Source of the DNA: Coleofasciculus chthonoplastes F2-STO-03
GTDB taxonomy: Bacteria; Cyanobacteriota; Cyanobacteriia; Cyanobacteriales; Coleofasciculaceae
Length of the DNA stretch: 19,403 nt
Assembly (NCBI GenBank): GCA_040222015.1
Contig: JAVJWO010000177.1
Span: 1-19,403 of the forward strand
Direction: 5' to 3'
Below, piece after piece: positions 7,531 through 16,190 of this stretch (its first letter is position 1; the number at the start of each line of letters is the position of its first letter). The translations under genes were made by a program, and so were the position numbers. The notes under the pieces were generated by a model, which was given only the letters and a program-made list of their open reading frames with translations, had not been told where the DNA came from and searched no databases.

Positions 7531-8574
7531 TTGTCTAGTCAAGTTCGTGTTGCTATACTGGGCGCAACGGGTGCAGTCGGCGCCGAGTTACTGGAATTAT
7601 TAGAAAGCCGAAACTTTCCCCTTACCCAGTTAAAGCTTTTAGCCTCACCCCGTTCGGCGGGACGGACTCTCCAGTTTCGAGGCGAATCCCTACCGGTGGA
7701 AGCCGTGGGGGAGGATTCGTTTAAAGAGGTGGATTTGGTTTTAGCCTCTGCTGGGGGTTCAACTTCTAAAGCTTGGGCATCTAAAGCGGTGGAGCAGGGA
7801 GCTGTGGTGGTTGACAATTCCAGCGCTTTTCGCATGAATCCTGACGTCCCCCTGGTGATTCCTGAGGTTAATCCGGAAGCGGCGGCGAAGCATAAAGGGA
7901 TTATCGCCAATCCCAACTGCACGACGATATTAATGGCAGTAGCCGTTTGGCCCCTGCATCGGGTGCAACCCATTCAACGGATTATCGTCGCTACCTATCA
8001 ATCAGCTAGCGGTGCAGGTAGGCGGGCGATGGAAGAACTCAAAGCCCAAGCTCAAGCCATTTTGCAGGAGCAAACGCCACCAACGGAAAGCTTTCCCTAC
8101 CCCTTGGCGTTTAACCTATTCCCGCACAATTCTCCGTTAAATGATCAGGGATACTGTGAGGAAGAGATGAAAATGGTCAACGAAACCCGTAAGATTTTCG
8201 ATGATCCCCAGATCCGCATCAGTGCCACTTGTGTTCGAGTTCCTGTGCTGCGAGCTCACTCGGAAGCGATTAATCTAGAGTTTGCTCAACCCATGTCTGT
8301 CGCCACAGCCAAGGAGTTACTTGCCAATGCACCAGGAGTGCGACTGGTTGAAGATTGGCAGGCGAATTATTTCCCCATGCCGATAGATGCTACGGGTAAG
8401 GACGATGTACTGGTGGGGCGAATTCGACAAGACTTGTCTCATCCCAGTGGATTAGAGATTTGGTTGAGTGGTGACCAAATTCGCAAAGGGGCAGCGTTGA
8501 ATGCTGTACAAATTGCCGAGTTGTTGGTGGAACGAAATTGGTTAAAGCCAGCAACAGCAATGATGGCTTATTAA
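7531..8574 (+). CDS. asd: Aspartate-semialdehyde dehydrogenase
   Basis: GATGAVG dinucleotide motif, DNSSAFRM, NPNCTT catalytic Cys, QSASGAG, RAHSE, KGAALNAVQ. Start moved from 7516 to the in-frame TTG at 7531 because GGAGG (7518-7522) lies 8 nt upstream. Confidence 0.98.
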   Translation: MSSQVRVAILGATGAVGAELLELLESRNFPLTQLKLLASPRSAGRTLQFRGESLPVEAVGEDSFKEVDLVLASAGGSTSKAWASKAVEQGAVVVDNSSAFRMNPDVPLVIPEVNPEAAAKHKGIIANPNCTTILMAVAVWPLHRVQPIQRIIVATYQSASGAGRRAMEELKAQAQAILQEQTPPTESFPYPLAFNLFPHNSPLNDQGYCEEEMKMVNETRKIFDDPQIRISATCVRVPVLRAHSEAINLEFAQPMSVATAKELLANAPGVRLVEDWQANYFPMPIDATGKDDVLVGRIRQDLSHPSGLEIWLSGDQIRKGAALNAVQIAELLVERNWLKPATAMMAY

Positions 8575-8667
8575 TTTGTCATTGGTCTTATGTCCTTTGT
8601 TCTATCCTGTGGCAAAGCTGTTGTGTGTCTATTGTCGTTAGTTCAGAGTTGATTTTAGCTCTATCCC

Positions 8668-8723
8668 TAATGACTAATAACCAATGACCAATGACCAATG
8701 ACCAATGACCAATGACTAACGAC
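8668..8723. repeat. STRR2-type heptamer tandem array
   Basis: Eight units of (C/T)AATGAC consensus, the reverse complement of a TTGGTCA-type repeat. Degenerate opposite-orientation units lie at about 8576-8600 (ttgtcattggtcttatgtcctttgt). Confidence 0.85.
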
Positions 8724-8743
8724 CAAATAGGAGTGAAATAAGG

Positions 8744-9628
8744 GTGGTCAATTTTGGACGTGTATTAACGGCAATGATTACGCCGTTTAAAGAAGACGGC
8801 AGTGTGAATTATCAGGTTGCTGAGAAATTAGCGGCTCATTTAGTGGAACAGGGTACCGATACCGTCGTCGTCTGTGGTACAACGGGTGAATCACCGACAC
8901 TGACATGGGATGAAGAGTCTCAGTTATTTCAGGTCGTGCAGAAAGCGGTGGCGGGAAAAGCCAAGGTAATTGCTGGCACAGGGTCAAATTCTACCCAAGA
9001 AGCGATCTCAGCCACCCAAAAAGTCGCTAAACTAGGGGTAGATGGTTCATTACAAGTTGTTCCCTATTACAATAAACCCCCCCAAGAGGGACTCTATAAT
9101 CATTTCCAGGCAATTGCCAAATCCAGCCCTGACTTGCCTGTGATGCTCTACAATGTACCAACGCGCACGGGTCAAAACCTCCAACCGGAAACCGTTGCCC
9201 GTTTAGCGGAAATTCCCAATATTGTAGCGATTAAAGAGGCGAGTGGTAGCTTCGATCAAGGCAGTCAAGTACGGCGTCTGACGCCACCGGATTTTGCCAT
9301 TTACTCAGGAGAAGATTCCTTTACCCTAGCCTTATTAGCATTGGGGGCAACCGGAGTCGTCAGTGTTTCCTCCCATCTCGTTGGTCTAGAACTCCGGCAG
9401 ATGATCCAGGCTTTCCAAGCGGGTCAAATTGACCTAGCCAGAGACATTCACTTAAAGCTTTTTCCTTTATTTAAAGTCTTGTTTTGTACTGCCAATCCTA
9501 TTCCACTCAAAGCCGCATTAAAACTTCAAGGATGGGACGTCGGTTCACCCCGTCCACCCTTGAGTGAGCTGCCGATGGAATTGGAACAACAAGTCAAGAC
9601 GGTTCTCCAAGACCTTTCTTTACTTTAA
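8744..9628 (+). CDS. dapA: 4-hydroxy-tetrahydrodipicolinate synthase
   Basis: [36 protein letters not shown] Schiff-base Lys and NPIPLK. GTG start with GGAG at 8730-8733. Confidence 0.98.
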   Translation: MVNFGRVLTAMITPFKEDGSVNYQVAEKLAAHLVEQGTDTVVVCGTTGESPTLTWDEESQLFQVVQKAVAGKAKVIAGTGSNSTQEAISATQKVAKLGVDGSLQVVPYYNKPPQEGLYNHFQAIAKSSPDLPVMLYNVPTRTGQNLQPETVARLAEIPNIVAIKEASGSFDQGSQVRRLTPPDFAIYSGEDSFTLALLALGATGVVSVSSHLVGLELRQMIQAFQAGQIDLARDIHLKLFPLFKVLFCTANPIPLKAALKLQGWDVGSPRPPLSELPMELEQQVKTVLQDLSLL

Positions 9629-10155
9629 ATTGTCATCAATGTTGTTGATGTAGATGTATAGGAGAGTTAAATTTCCCGTCAAATAAATACAACGAAACAT
9701 TTATCTATGAACTACTCTTGATTTTTGGGCTAAATTAGCCTATTGTCTGTTCCTTGCCCATTGAGGTGCTAGAGAGATAATTTATCGATGATTCCATAGT
9801 TTTTATCGATAAACTCTAGAAACCAGCTCAGTTTTTTAATAAAACTTGTGAATCAAGTTGAATTAATGACAGCAGGCATTGAGCCAAGGATACCATTTTG
9901 AATGGTAACCTCGTGTTCTTTATTGTCTGGATTTTTATAGCCGTTCTTAATGATGGATCACATCTTATGTTTTTTCTTTCCGATAGGTTCACTGATAACT
10001 CAAATAAGAAAAGCTACCATTTCTGACCAAGTTGAGTTAGTCTAGATTAAATAAGACAAGTTTATCGCCCAGAAAATATTTCCTAAGAAATGGCAATTTT
10101 CAATTCAGGTTTAACGTTGTAATTAATGAGTAATAGAACTCTCAAAGGAGGCAAA

Positions 10156-11919
10156 TTGACTAGCAAAAAATCTTCACCCGCTCTAAAAATTATTCCCTTA
10201 GGTGGGCTGCATGAAATTGGCAAAAATACCTGCATTTTCGAGTTCAACGACGAGATTATTCTCTTGGATGCAGGATTAGGATTTCCTAATGATGAAATGC
10301 ACGGGGTTAATATCGTTCTGCCCGACATGACCTATTTGCGGGAAAATCGCCATAAAATCAAGGGTATGATTGTCACTCATGGTCACGAAGATCATATTGG
10401 TGGACTTCCCTATCACTTGAAGCAATTCGATATTCCCGTCATTCACGGACCTAGACTGGCGATGGCGCTGCTGAAAGGCAAACTGGAGGAGGCTGGAGTT
10501 AGCGATCGCACCAAGTTAAATTCCGTGAGTCCTCGCGACATGGTGCGGATTGGCTCGTCCTTTATGGTCGAATATATCCGCAACACTCACTCTATTGCCG
10601 ATAGTTTTACCGTAGCGATTCACACACCCATTGGCGTCGTTGTCCACACCGGAGACTTCAAAGTCGATCATACCCCGGTCGATGGTGAATACTTTGATTT
10701 TCAACGATTAGCCGAACACGGGGAAAAAGGTGTCCTTTGTCTCCTCAGCGATTCCACCAACGCCGAAGTTCCCGGACACACCCCGTCTGAAGCGTCTGTT
10801 TATCCCAATCTGGATCGTATTTTCTCCCAAGCACCGGGACGAATATTGGTCACCACATTCGCCTCATCAGTTCATCGAGTGCAACTGATCTTAGATCTGG
10901 CACAAAAACAAAACCGTGTAGTGTCTGTTGTCGGGCGCTCCATGCTCAATGTTATTGCCCAAGCTCGTAATCTGGGGTATATAAAATGTCCCGATAGCTT
11001 ATTTGAGCCACTCCACGCCGCGAATAGTTTACCCCCAGAAAAAGTATTAATTTTAACCACTGGGTCTCAAGGTGAACCTTTAGCTGCACTCACCCGGATT
11101 TCCAAAGGGGAACACCGGAAACTGAAAATTCAAGAGGGTGACACGGTAGTCTTCTCCGCCAATCCCATTCCCGGTAATACGATCGCGGTTGTCAATACCA
11201 TTGATCGCCTAATGATGCAAGGGGCAAACGTGATCTATGGACGCCATCAAGGGATTCACGTTTCCGGTCATGGCGCTCAAGAAGATCATAAACTAATGCT
11301 CGCCTTAACCCGACCCAAGTTTTTCATGCCCGTTCACGGGGAACATCGGATGCTGATCCAACATGGCAAAATGGCACAAAAGATGGGTATCCCGGCGGAA
11401 AATATCGTGATTACCAATAACGGGGATATGGTGGAATTAACCGAGAATAGCATTAGTGTTGTCGGTCAAGTCCCCTCCGGTATTGAGTTAGTCGATCGCT
11501 CCGGTATCGTACATCATGAAGTCCTCAAAGAACGTCAGCAGTTAGCGGGAGACGGTGTAGTAACTGTCGCCGCCGCCGTGAGTTGGGAGGGTAAACTCCT
11601 TGCCCAACCCGAAATTCACCTGCGGGGTGTCGTGGCTAGTGTGGAGAAATCCCTACTCCAGCAGTTAGTAATTAAGCGGATTGAGCGGACATTGAGTGAG
11701 CAGTGGACAGACTTTGCCAAATCCTTAGATGGCAAAAAACAACCAGAAGTTGACTGGACAGGATTGCAACAGAAAATTGAGGGGGATTTAGAACGGTTAA
11801 CTCGCCGCGAACTGCAAAGCCGTCCTCTAGTGGTATTCTTACTGCAAAATCCAGAGGAAGCCCCTGTGAAAAGGGTAGGACGTCGTCGCCAGCGCACTGC
11901 AGCTCAGGCGGCTTCTTAG
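10156..11919 (+). CDS. rnj: Ribonuclease J
   Basis: PLGGLHEIGKN, HGHEDH metallo-beta-lactamase motif, HTGDFK, DSTNA, TGSQGEP, HVSGHG, PVHGE. The TTG at 10156 is preferred (GGAGG at 10147-10151); ATG 10126 is an in-frame alternative. Confidence 0.98.
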   Translation: MTSKKSSPALKIIPLGGLHEIGKNTCIFEFNDEIILLDAGLGFPNDEMHGVNIVLPDMTYLRENRHKIKGMIVTHGHEDHIGGLPYHLKQFDIPVIHGPRLAMALLKGKLEEAGVSDRTKLNSVSPRDMVRIGSSFMVEYIRNTHSIADSFTVAIHTPIGVVVHTGDFKVDHTPVDGEYFDFQRLAEHGEKGVLCLLSDSTNAEVPGHTPSEASVYPNLDRIFSQAPGRILVTTFASSVHRVQLILDLAQKQNRVVSVVGRSMLNVIAQARNLGYIKCPDSLFEPLHAANSLPPEKVLILTTGSQGEPLAALTRISKGEHRKLKIQEGDTVVFSANPIPGNTIAVVNTIDRLMMQGANVIYGRHQGIHVSGHGAQEDHKLMLALTRPKFFMPVHGEHRMLIQHGKMAQKMGIPAENIVITNNGDMVELTENSISVVGQVPSGIELVDRSGIVHHEVLKERQQLAGDGVVTVAAAVSWEGKLLAQPEIHLRGVVASVEKSLLQQLVIKRIERTLSEQWTDFAKSLDGKKQPEVDWTGLQQKIEGDLERLTRRELQSRPLVVFLLQNPEEAPVKRVGRRRQRTAAQAAS

Positions 11920-11930
11920 ATTATTTCGGC

Positions 11931-11960
11931 TGTAGAGACGTACTATGGTACGTCTCTACA
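11931..11960. repeat. Perfect GTAG-type REP palindrome, possible terminator or stability hairpin after rnj
   Basis: TGTAGAGACGTAC-tatg-GTACGTCTCTACA, a 13-bp stem 11 nt after the rnj stop. Confidence 0.8.
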
Positions 11961-12001
11961 ATGTTGATAGGATGCCATCAAATCTTATTGTTTTTTAGTT
12001 T

Positions 12002-12030
12002 GTAGGTTGGGTTGACGCAGGAAACCCAAC
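12002..12030 (+). repeat. GTAG-family REP palindrome
   Basis: GTAG-GTTGGGTT-gacgcagga-AACCCAAC. Confidence 0.7.
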
Positions 12031-12134
12031 TTATTCTTTTTATAATCTTGATTTTCCTCACATCAAGTCAATTGATATCGTGTCCGGTTGAAGACCCATA
12101 GTCTAGAGATAAAATTTTACAGGAGGACTACATT

Positions 12135-12617
12135 ATGAAAAATTTATATACATATTTATTGGCAACTATTTTAGGTGCTGTTGTTGCTTTTTCCGGAATA
12201 AATAGTCCTGCTAAAAGTCAAGTATTCTTTAATATTCAAGATATAAATTTTAAAATTTACGATAATCAAAATGACATTCTAGTAGAAGAGCAAACGAATG
12301 CTTATGGACTTGGAATGAATATTTTTATGTCGATTCTTATCAACCAAAATGCAGAATCAGGTGTTACTTATTCTATTACTGTTGAAGGATATGGTGAAGG
12401 AAGAGAGAATCTAGCTGAAGGTTTAGTTGAAGACTACACAATACAGGAAAATAAAGAAGTTACGCTTTATTATAAAACTAGCCAGTATATTCCTTTTATA
12501 ATAGAGTATCCATGTACAGAAGAAACAACCTACACTATAACAGTTGTTCAGAAAGGTACCGATAATAGAGTGACAGAAACGATTCAATCACCTCATAGCT
12601 TTTGTATTTTAAATTAA
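12135..12617 (+). CDS. Hypothetical exported protein (AT-rich gene)
   Basis: Strong SD AGGAGG (12121-12126) and a signal-peptide-like N-terminus (MKNLYTYLLATILGAVVAFSGINSPAKSQ). No family recognised. Confidence 0.8.
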   Translation: MKNLYTYLLATILGAVVAFSGINSPAKSQVFFNIQDINFKIYDNQNDILVEEQTNAYGLGMNIFMSILINQNAESGVTYSITVEGYGEGRENLAEGLVEDYTIQENKEVTLYYKTSQYIPFIIEYPCTEETTYTITVVQKGTDNRVTETIQSPHSFCILN

Positions 12618-12663
12618 AACCTCTCTCTCCAAAACCAATTTACCAGCCTATAGCGTTTTCAAA

Positions 12664-13363
12664 TCAATCATGAAACCCAACCCTAGTTCCTAATAACACA
12701 AAAAATGGTGCTACTGACGGGTTAGAAGGATAAGTCTGACCATCAAACTGCATTCGTGCGTAGTACAGTTTTTGCGTATAATCATCACCCTGGCGCACTG
12801 TTTTAGAATACGGGAAAACTATATCATTCCATCCATTTGTGCGCTGATTAGTCACTAGGATAGGAGACGGACTTACAGTCATTTCTGTCACTAACCGATA
12901 ATCTTGACCATCTTGAGTAAAAATCAAGGTATTACAGCCTCCCGAACCACAAGTATATTTTCCCACTAAATAAACTATAGCTTCCGGCTGTTTATCACCA
13001 TTAATATCAACGAAGTTATAGGAGTAGCGGCTATAGTCATCCGGCTCAACCCGTTTCGCATAATCGGGCATCGTTTGTAAAATAGCTTGTTCTAGCTGTG
13101 GGTTTGGTTCGGTTTCAGATAGGAGATACTGAATTTCTCCTATTTTTACATCGTCTGTGTCCTGTAGAGGGTCGCTTAAGGCTTGCATTTGAGTGTTACT
13201 ATCGAAACTGGAAGCAAAATTATCCTGACTTTCTTCTGTTTTAAATGGGCTACTTAACGTTGGAGTTGACGTAGGTATTTGAGCCGATAAAACCCAGTTT
13301 TCTTAATATCTGGGTGATTACCAACAGAACCGAAACACTTGGAATACACCAGCTTTTGCTCAT
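12664..13363 (-). pseudogene. Frameshifted exported protein (DxNGD...CGSGGC type)
   Basis: The 12664..13188 ORF (VDINGDKQPEAIVY, CGSGGC, TNGWNDI, YPSNPS) stays open upstream to 13302 (ENWVLSAQIPTSTPTLSS...). ATG 13363 gives MSKSWCIPSVSVLLVITQIL in a frame offset by 1 nt. Joined, they form a plausible signal peptide. Confidence 0.6.
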
Positions 13364-13502
13364 CTGAAGTTTACAGAACGTGCAAAATTCGCGTTGAAAC
13401 TTCACTAAACCTTTACGGACATTCATCCGGTATGAATGCCAGAGTAATTGTAGGTTGATAACAAGTGGTTTAGTTGGTTTGTTGCTAGCACAGGAAAGAT
13501 TT

Positions 13503-13871
13503 ATGAGTGTATCTGATTTTACAGCAAAGAAACTGATTTTTACGAAATGGGTTTGGATAGAGCCAAAACAGCCGTCCTCAACTCCAATCCAACCTCCCCA
13601 ACCGAAACCAGGATTCGATTTGCTCAAACCCATTAAACGGTGGATTGATGGGGTTGAAGTAAACAATCCCCAACTGGCGCACTTGATCTGCCATCTGATC
13701 CCCGCCCAATGTCCCTTTGAGCGCGACATTAAACTATTTGGGCATACCCTGTTTCACATTCCCCCCTTGTGTAAGCTGAATCCCTTCTATGAGGAAGTAG
13801 TCGGGTTACGCTTCCGGGCGTTGTGCTATTTAGCCGATGAATGTGGTGAAGATATTTCCGCTTACTGCTAA
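13503..13871 (+). CDS. 'Mo-dependent nitrogenase C-terminal' domain protein (cyanobacterial, function unknown)
   Basis: LIPAQCPFERDIKLFG...HIPPLCKLNPFYEEVVGLRFRALCYLADECGED signature. ATG 13503 is preceded by AGGAAAG. Confidence 0.9.
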   Translation: MSVSDFTAKKLIFTKWVWIEPKQPSSTPIQPPQPKPGFDLLKPIKRWIDGVEVNNPQLAHLICHLIPAQCPFERDIKLFGHTLFHIPPLCKLNPFYEEVVGLRFRALCYLADECGEDISAYC

Positions 13872-13879
13872 AATTCCAG

Positions 13880-14023
13880 ATGGAACGCCCCGATTTACCG
13901 GGACAGTTTCCCTTTGAGGTTCCCCAGCACCAGCAGCTCTTATTTCGCCGCCCTGAGGATTTACAAAAGACCCTACCTGTGGTATTAGAAACATTACTGC
14001 AACGGTTTAATTTATGGACGTGA
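13880..14023 (+). CDS. 47-aa ORF, possibly a C-terminal gene remnant
   Basis: My translation is MERPDLPGQFPFEVPQHQQLLFRRPEDLQKTLPVVLETLLQRFNLWT*. It has protein-like composition, fills the gap between two co-oriented genes and has no clear SD. Confidence 0.45.
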   Translation: MERPDLPGQFPFEVPQHQQLLFRRPEDLQKTLPVVLETLLQRFNLWT

Positions 14024-14076
14024 TTTATCCCTCATCGTCACAGATAATAATTGGGATGGATTGAGGAGAAAATTTT

Positions 14077-14328
14077 ATGCCTAGAACTCCAGATGAGTTT
14101 GCCGTTCACATTCTTATGGCTGGCGGTCACCGGGAAGAGGTGCGTTTTACCACGATTCAAGAGTTTCAGAAATGGTACAGTGGTGAACTCGTACCCAAAT
14201 CTGAGTCTAAGGACTTTATCAACGTCCCGATTAAAAATATTCAGGGCGAATATATGGTGATACGCCCTTCCAGCGTTTTAGCGATTCGGGTGGAACCCAT
14301 CTTCGGGGGTAGCGTCGAGCGATTTTAG
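14077..14328 (+). CDS. Small hypothetical protein (83 aa)
   Basis: SD GAGGAG at 14063-14068, ATG start, globular-looking sequence, co-oriented upstream of mltA. Confidence 0.85.
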   Translation: MPRTPDEFAVHILMAGGHREEVRFTTIQEFQKWYSGELVPKSESKDFINVPIKNIQGEYMVIRPSSVLAIRVEPIFGGSVERF

Positions 14329-14337
14329 GATGAAGTC

Positions 14338-14387
14338 TTTTGTCATTGGTCATTGGTACAACATCCAATGGCTAATGATTAATGATA
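14338..14387. repeat. Short inverted STRR2-like heptamer cluster
   Basis: tttgtcattggtcattgg followed by ccaatggctaatgattaatgat; the two halves can pair as a hairpin. Confidence 0.55.
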
Positions 14388-14409
14388 CGACGTCAAAGTT
14401 TGGACAAGC

Positions 14410-15588
14410 ATGAGAAAACAACTGACGAGTCTCTCCCTGAGTTTAGGGATATTGTTATTCAGTGGCAGTAGTTTGGCTGTTCCTGATGTTCCCTTAGAAC
14501 GAATCAATCCCGATACCTCATCGGTGACACTGAACTCACTGGGGTTTGATCAGCAACTCTGGGGGACTCCTGAACAACCTGGCGATCGGCAAGCCTTACT
14601 TAAGTCGATTGACCATAGCCTGCGCTATCTGGCGACGCCGACAGCAGCCGCCGCCTACCAAAACTATTCCATCCCCGGAATAACCTTGGAACGAGTGCGC
14701 CGTTCTCTGGTGCGATTTCGTCAACTTCTGCTCACATCCAATTCCCCGGCTGAACTGCAAGCGGCGGTAAATCGCGAGTTTGAGGTTTATCAGTCGGTGG
14801 GAAATGATGATCAGGGAACGGTTTTATTTACGGGGTACTTTGAACCCATTTATGCAGCGAGTCGTACCCCTAGTGCCGAGTATCGCTATCCCCTGTACCG
14901 TTTACCGACAAACTTTAATACCTGGAAAACCCCTCACCCAACTCGCGCTGATTTAGAAGGCGTGGATGGGTTTGGTGAAAATAGTCCCCTGAATGGGTTA
15001 GAACTCGTCTGGTTGCGCGATCGCCTCCAGGCGTTTTTGATTCATGTTCAGGGTTCTGCCCGGTTGCAATTGCCCGATGGGAGTGTGATGAGTGTTGGGT
15101 ATGCGGGGAAGACTGATTATCCTTACACCAGTGTGGGGCGAGAATTGGTCAAAGATGGCAAGTTGCCTCTGGAAGGGTTAACCTTACCCGTGTTACTTGA
15201 TTATTTCAGTCAATTTCCCAGTGAACTGGATCAGTATTTACCTCGGAATCAAAGTTTTGTCTTCTTCCGAGAAACCAATGGCGCACCCGCTACCGGAAGC
15301 CTAGGTGTGCCTGTGACAGCCGAGCGATCGATTGCTACGGATAAATCTTTAATGCCTCCAGGGGCGTTGGCGTTGATTCAAACTCGGATTCCCTATCCTA
15401 ATGCTCAAGGACAACTGGAATCGCGGTGGGTGAGTCGCTATGTTCTAGATCAAGATACAGGAAGTGCGATTAAAGGACCCGGACGAGTGGATATCTTTAT
15501 GGGGACAGGAGTTTTGGCGGGCGATCGCGCTGGCGTCATTGGCGGGAATGGAAACCTGTACTATTTATTGCTGAAGGATTCCAGATGA
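14410..15588 (+). CDS. mltA: Murein lytic transglycosylase A family protein
   Basis: FTGYFEP, FLIHVQGSARL, YTSVGRELV, N.SFVFF, RSIATD, and 3D-domain DQDTGSAIKGPGRVDIFMGTG. N-terminal signal peptide. Confidence 0.95.
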   Translation: MRKQLTSLSLSLGILLFSGSSLAVPDVPLERINPDTSSVTLNSLGFDQQLWGTPEQPGDRQALLKSIDHSLRYLATPTAAAAYQNYSIPGITLERVRRSLVRFRQLLLTSNSPAELQAAVNREFEVYQSVGNDDQGTVLFTGYFEPIYAASRTPSAEYRYPLYRLPTNFNTWKTPHPTRADLEGVDGFGENSPLNGLELVWLRDRLQAFLIHVQGSARLQLPDGSVMSVGYAGKTDYPYTSVGRELVKDGKLPLEGLTLPVLLDYFSQFPSELDQYLPRNQSFVFFRETNGAPATGSLGVPVTAERSIATDKSLMPPGALALIQTRIPYPNAQGQLESRWVSRYVLDQDTGSAIKGPGRVDIFMGTGVLAGDRAGVIGGNGNLYYLLLKDSR

Positions 15589-15598
15589 TTGGAGATTT

Positions 15599-15969
15599 AG
15601 GGCGACCCGACCTAATTAAATGGAGTGGTGTTGTCAATTAAATCAAGCGGGTCATTCCTACAGGAGGATGATCGGGGTTTTGACTTTGGTCTTAGGGATG
15701 CACCCAAGGTTTGCGATCGCCTCACCTTATTATCCCGATATTATCCCGATCTGGAGACGCGATCGCACATCCATTAAACCTCAATAACTGGGCTAGGACA
15801 GGGCGACCCGACCTAATTAAATGGAGTGGTGTTGTCAATTAAATCAAGCGGGTCGCCCCTACGGGAGGATGATCGGGGTTTTGGCTTTGGTCTTAGGGAT
15901 GCACCCAAGGTTTGCGATCTCCTCACCTTATTATCCCGATATTATCCCGATCTGGAGACGCGATCGCAC
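15599..15969. repeat. Direct duplication of a 170-bp non-coding module (15599-15768 and 15800-15969)
   Basis: Six mismatches by manual alignment, with a 31-bp spacer. Each copy has a REP-like GGGCGACCCG...CGGGTCGCCC-CTAC stem (damaged in copy 1), TTATCCCGAT x2 and HIP1 sites. Confidence 0.92.
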
Positions 15970-15994
15970 TACAATGGGGCTAAGATAAATTGAT

Positions 15995-16054
15995 GTAGGG
16001 GCGGGTTTCACGATTACCGTTTTTGACCTCACCCCAATGCAACTAAACCCGCCC
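15995..16054 (+). repeat. GTAG-family REP with long loop
   Basis: GTAG-GGGCGGGTTT...AAACCCGCCC. Confidence 0.7.
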
Positions 16055-16190
16055 TGACTAAGGTAACAGGGGGTAATCAAGGCGGATTTGATAGAATCTG
16101 ATCCATCAGTATCCTGCGATCGCACACCCTTTAAACCCACTCAACTCAATCAGCCATTTCCGATTAAAAGTTCCCCCAAAACCTGGTAGA

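Noticed and set aside
13250..13729. 159-aa minus-strand ORF
   Set aside because: Largely antisense to the well-supported 13503-13871 gene. Only the part from ATG 13363 looks real, as the start of the frameshifted gene.
13503..13871. Evidence for a nitrogen-fixation locus
   Set aside because: The domain name is historical. There are no nif genes here and the protein is not a nitrogenase subunit.
15599..15969. CRISPR array interpretation of the repeat-31 bp-repeat layout
   Set aside because: The repeats are 170 bp, there are only two copies, and no cas genes are present.
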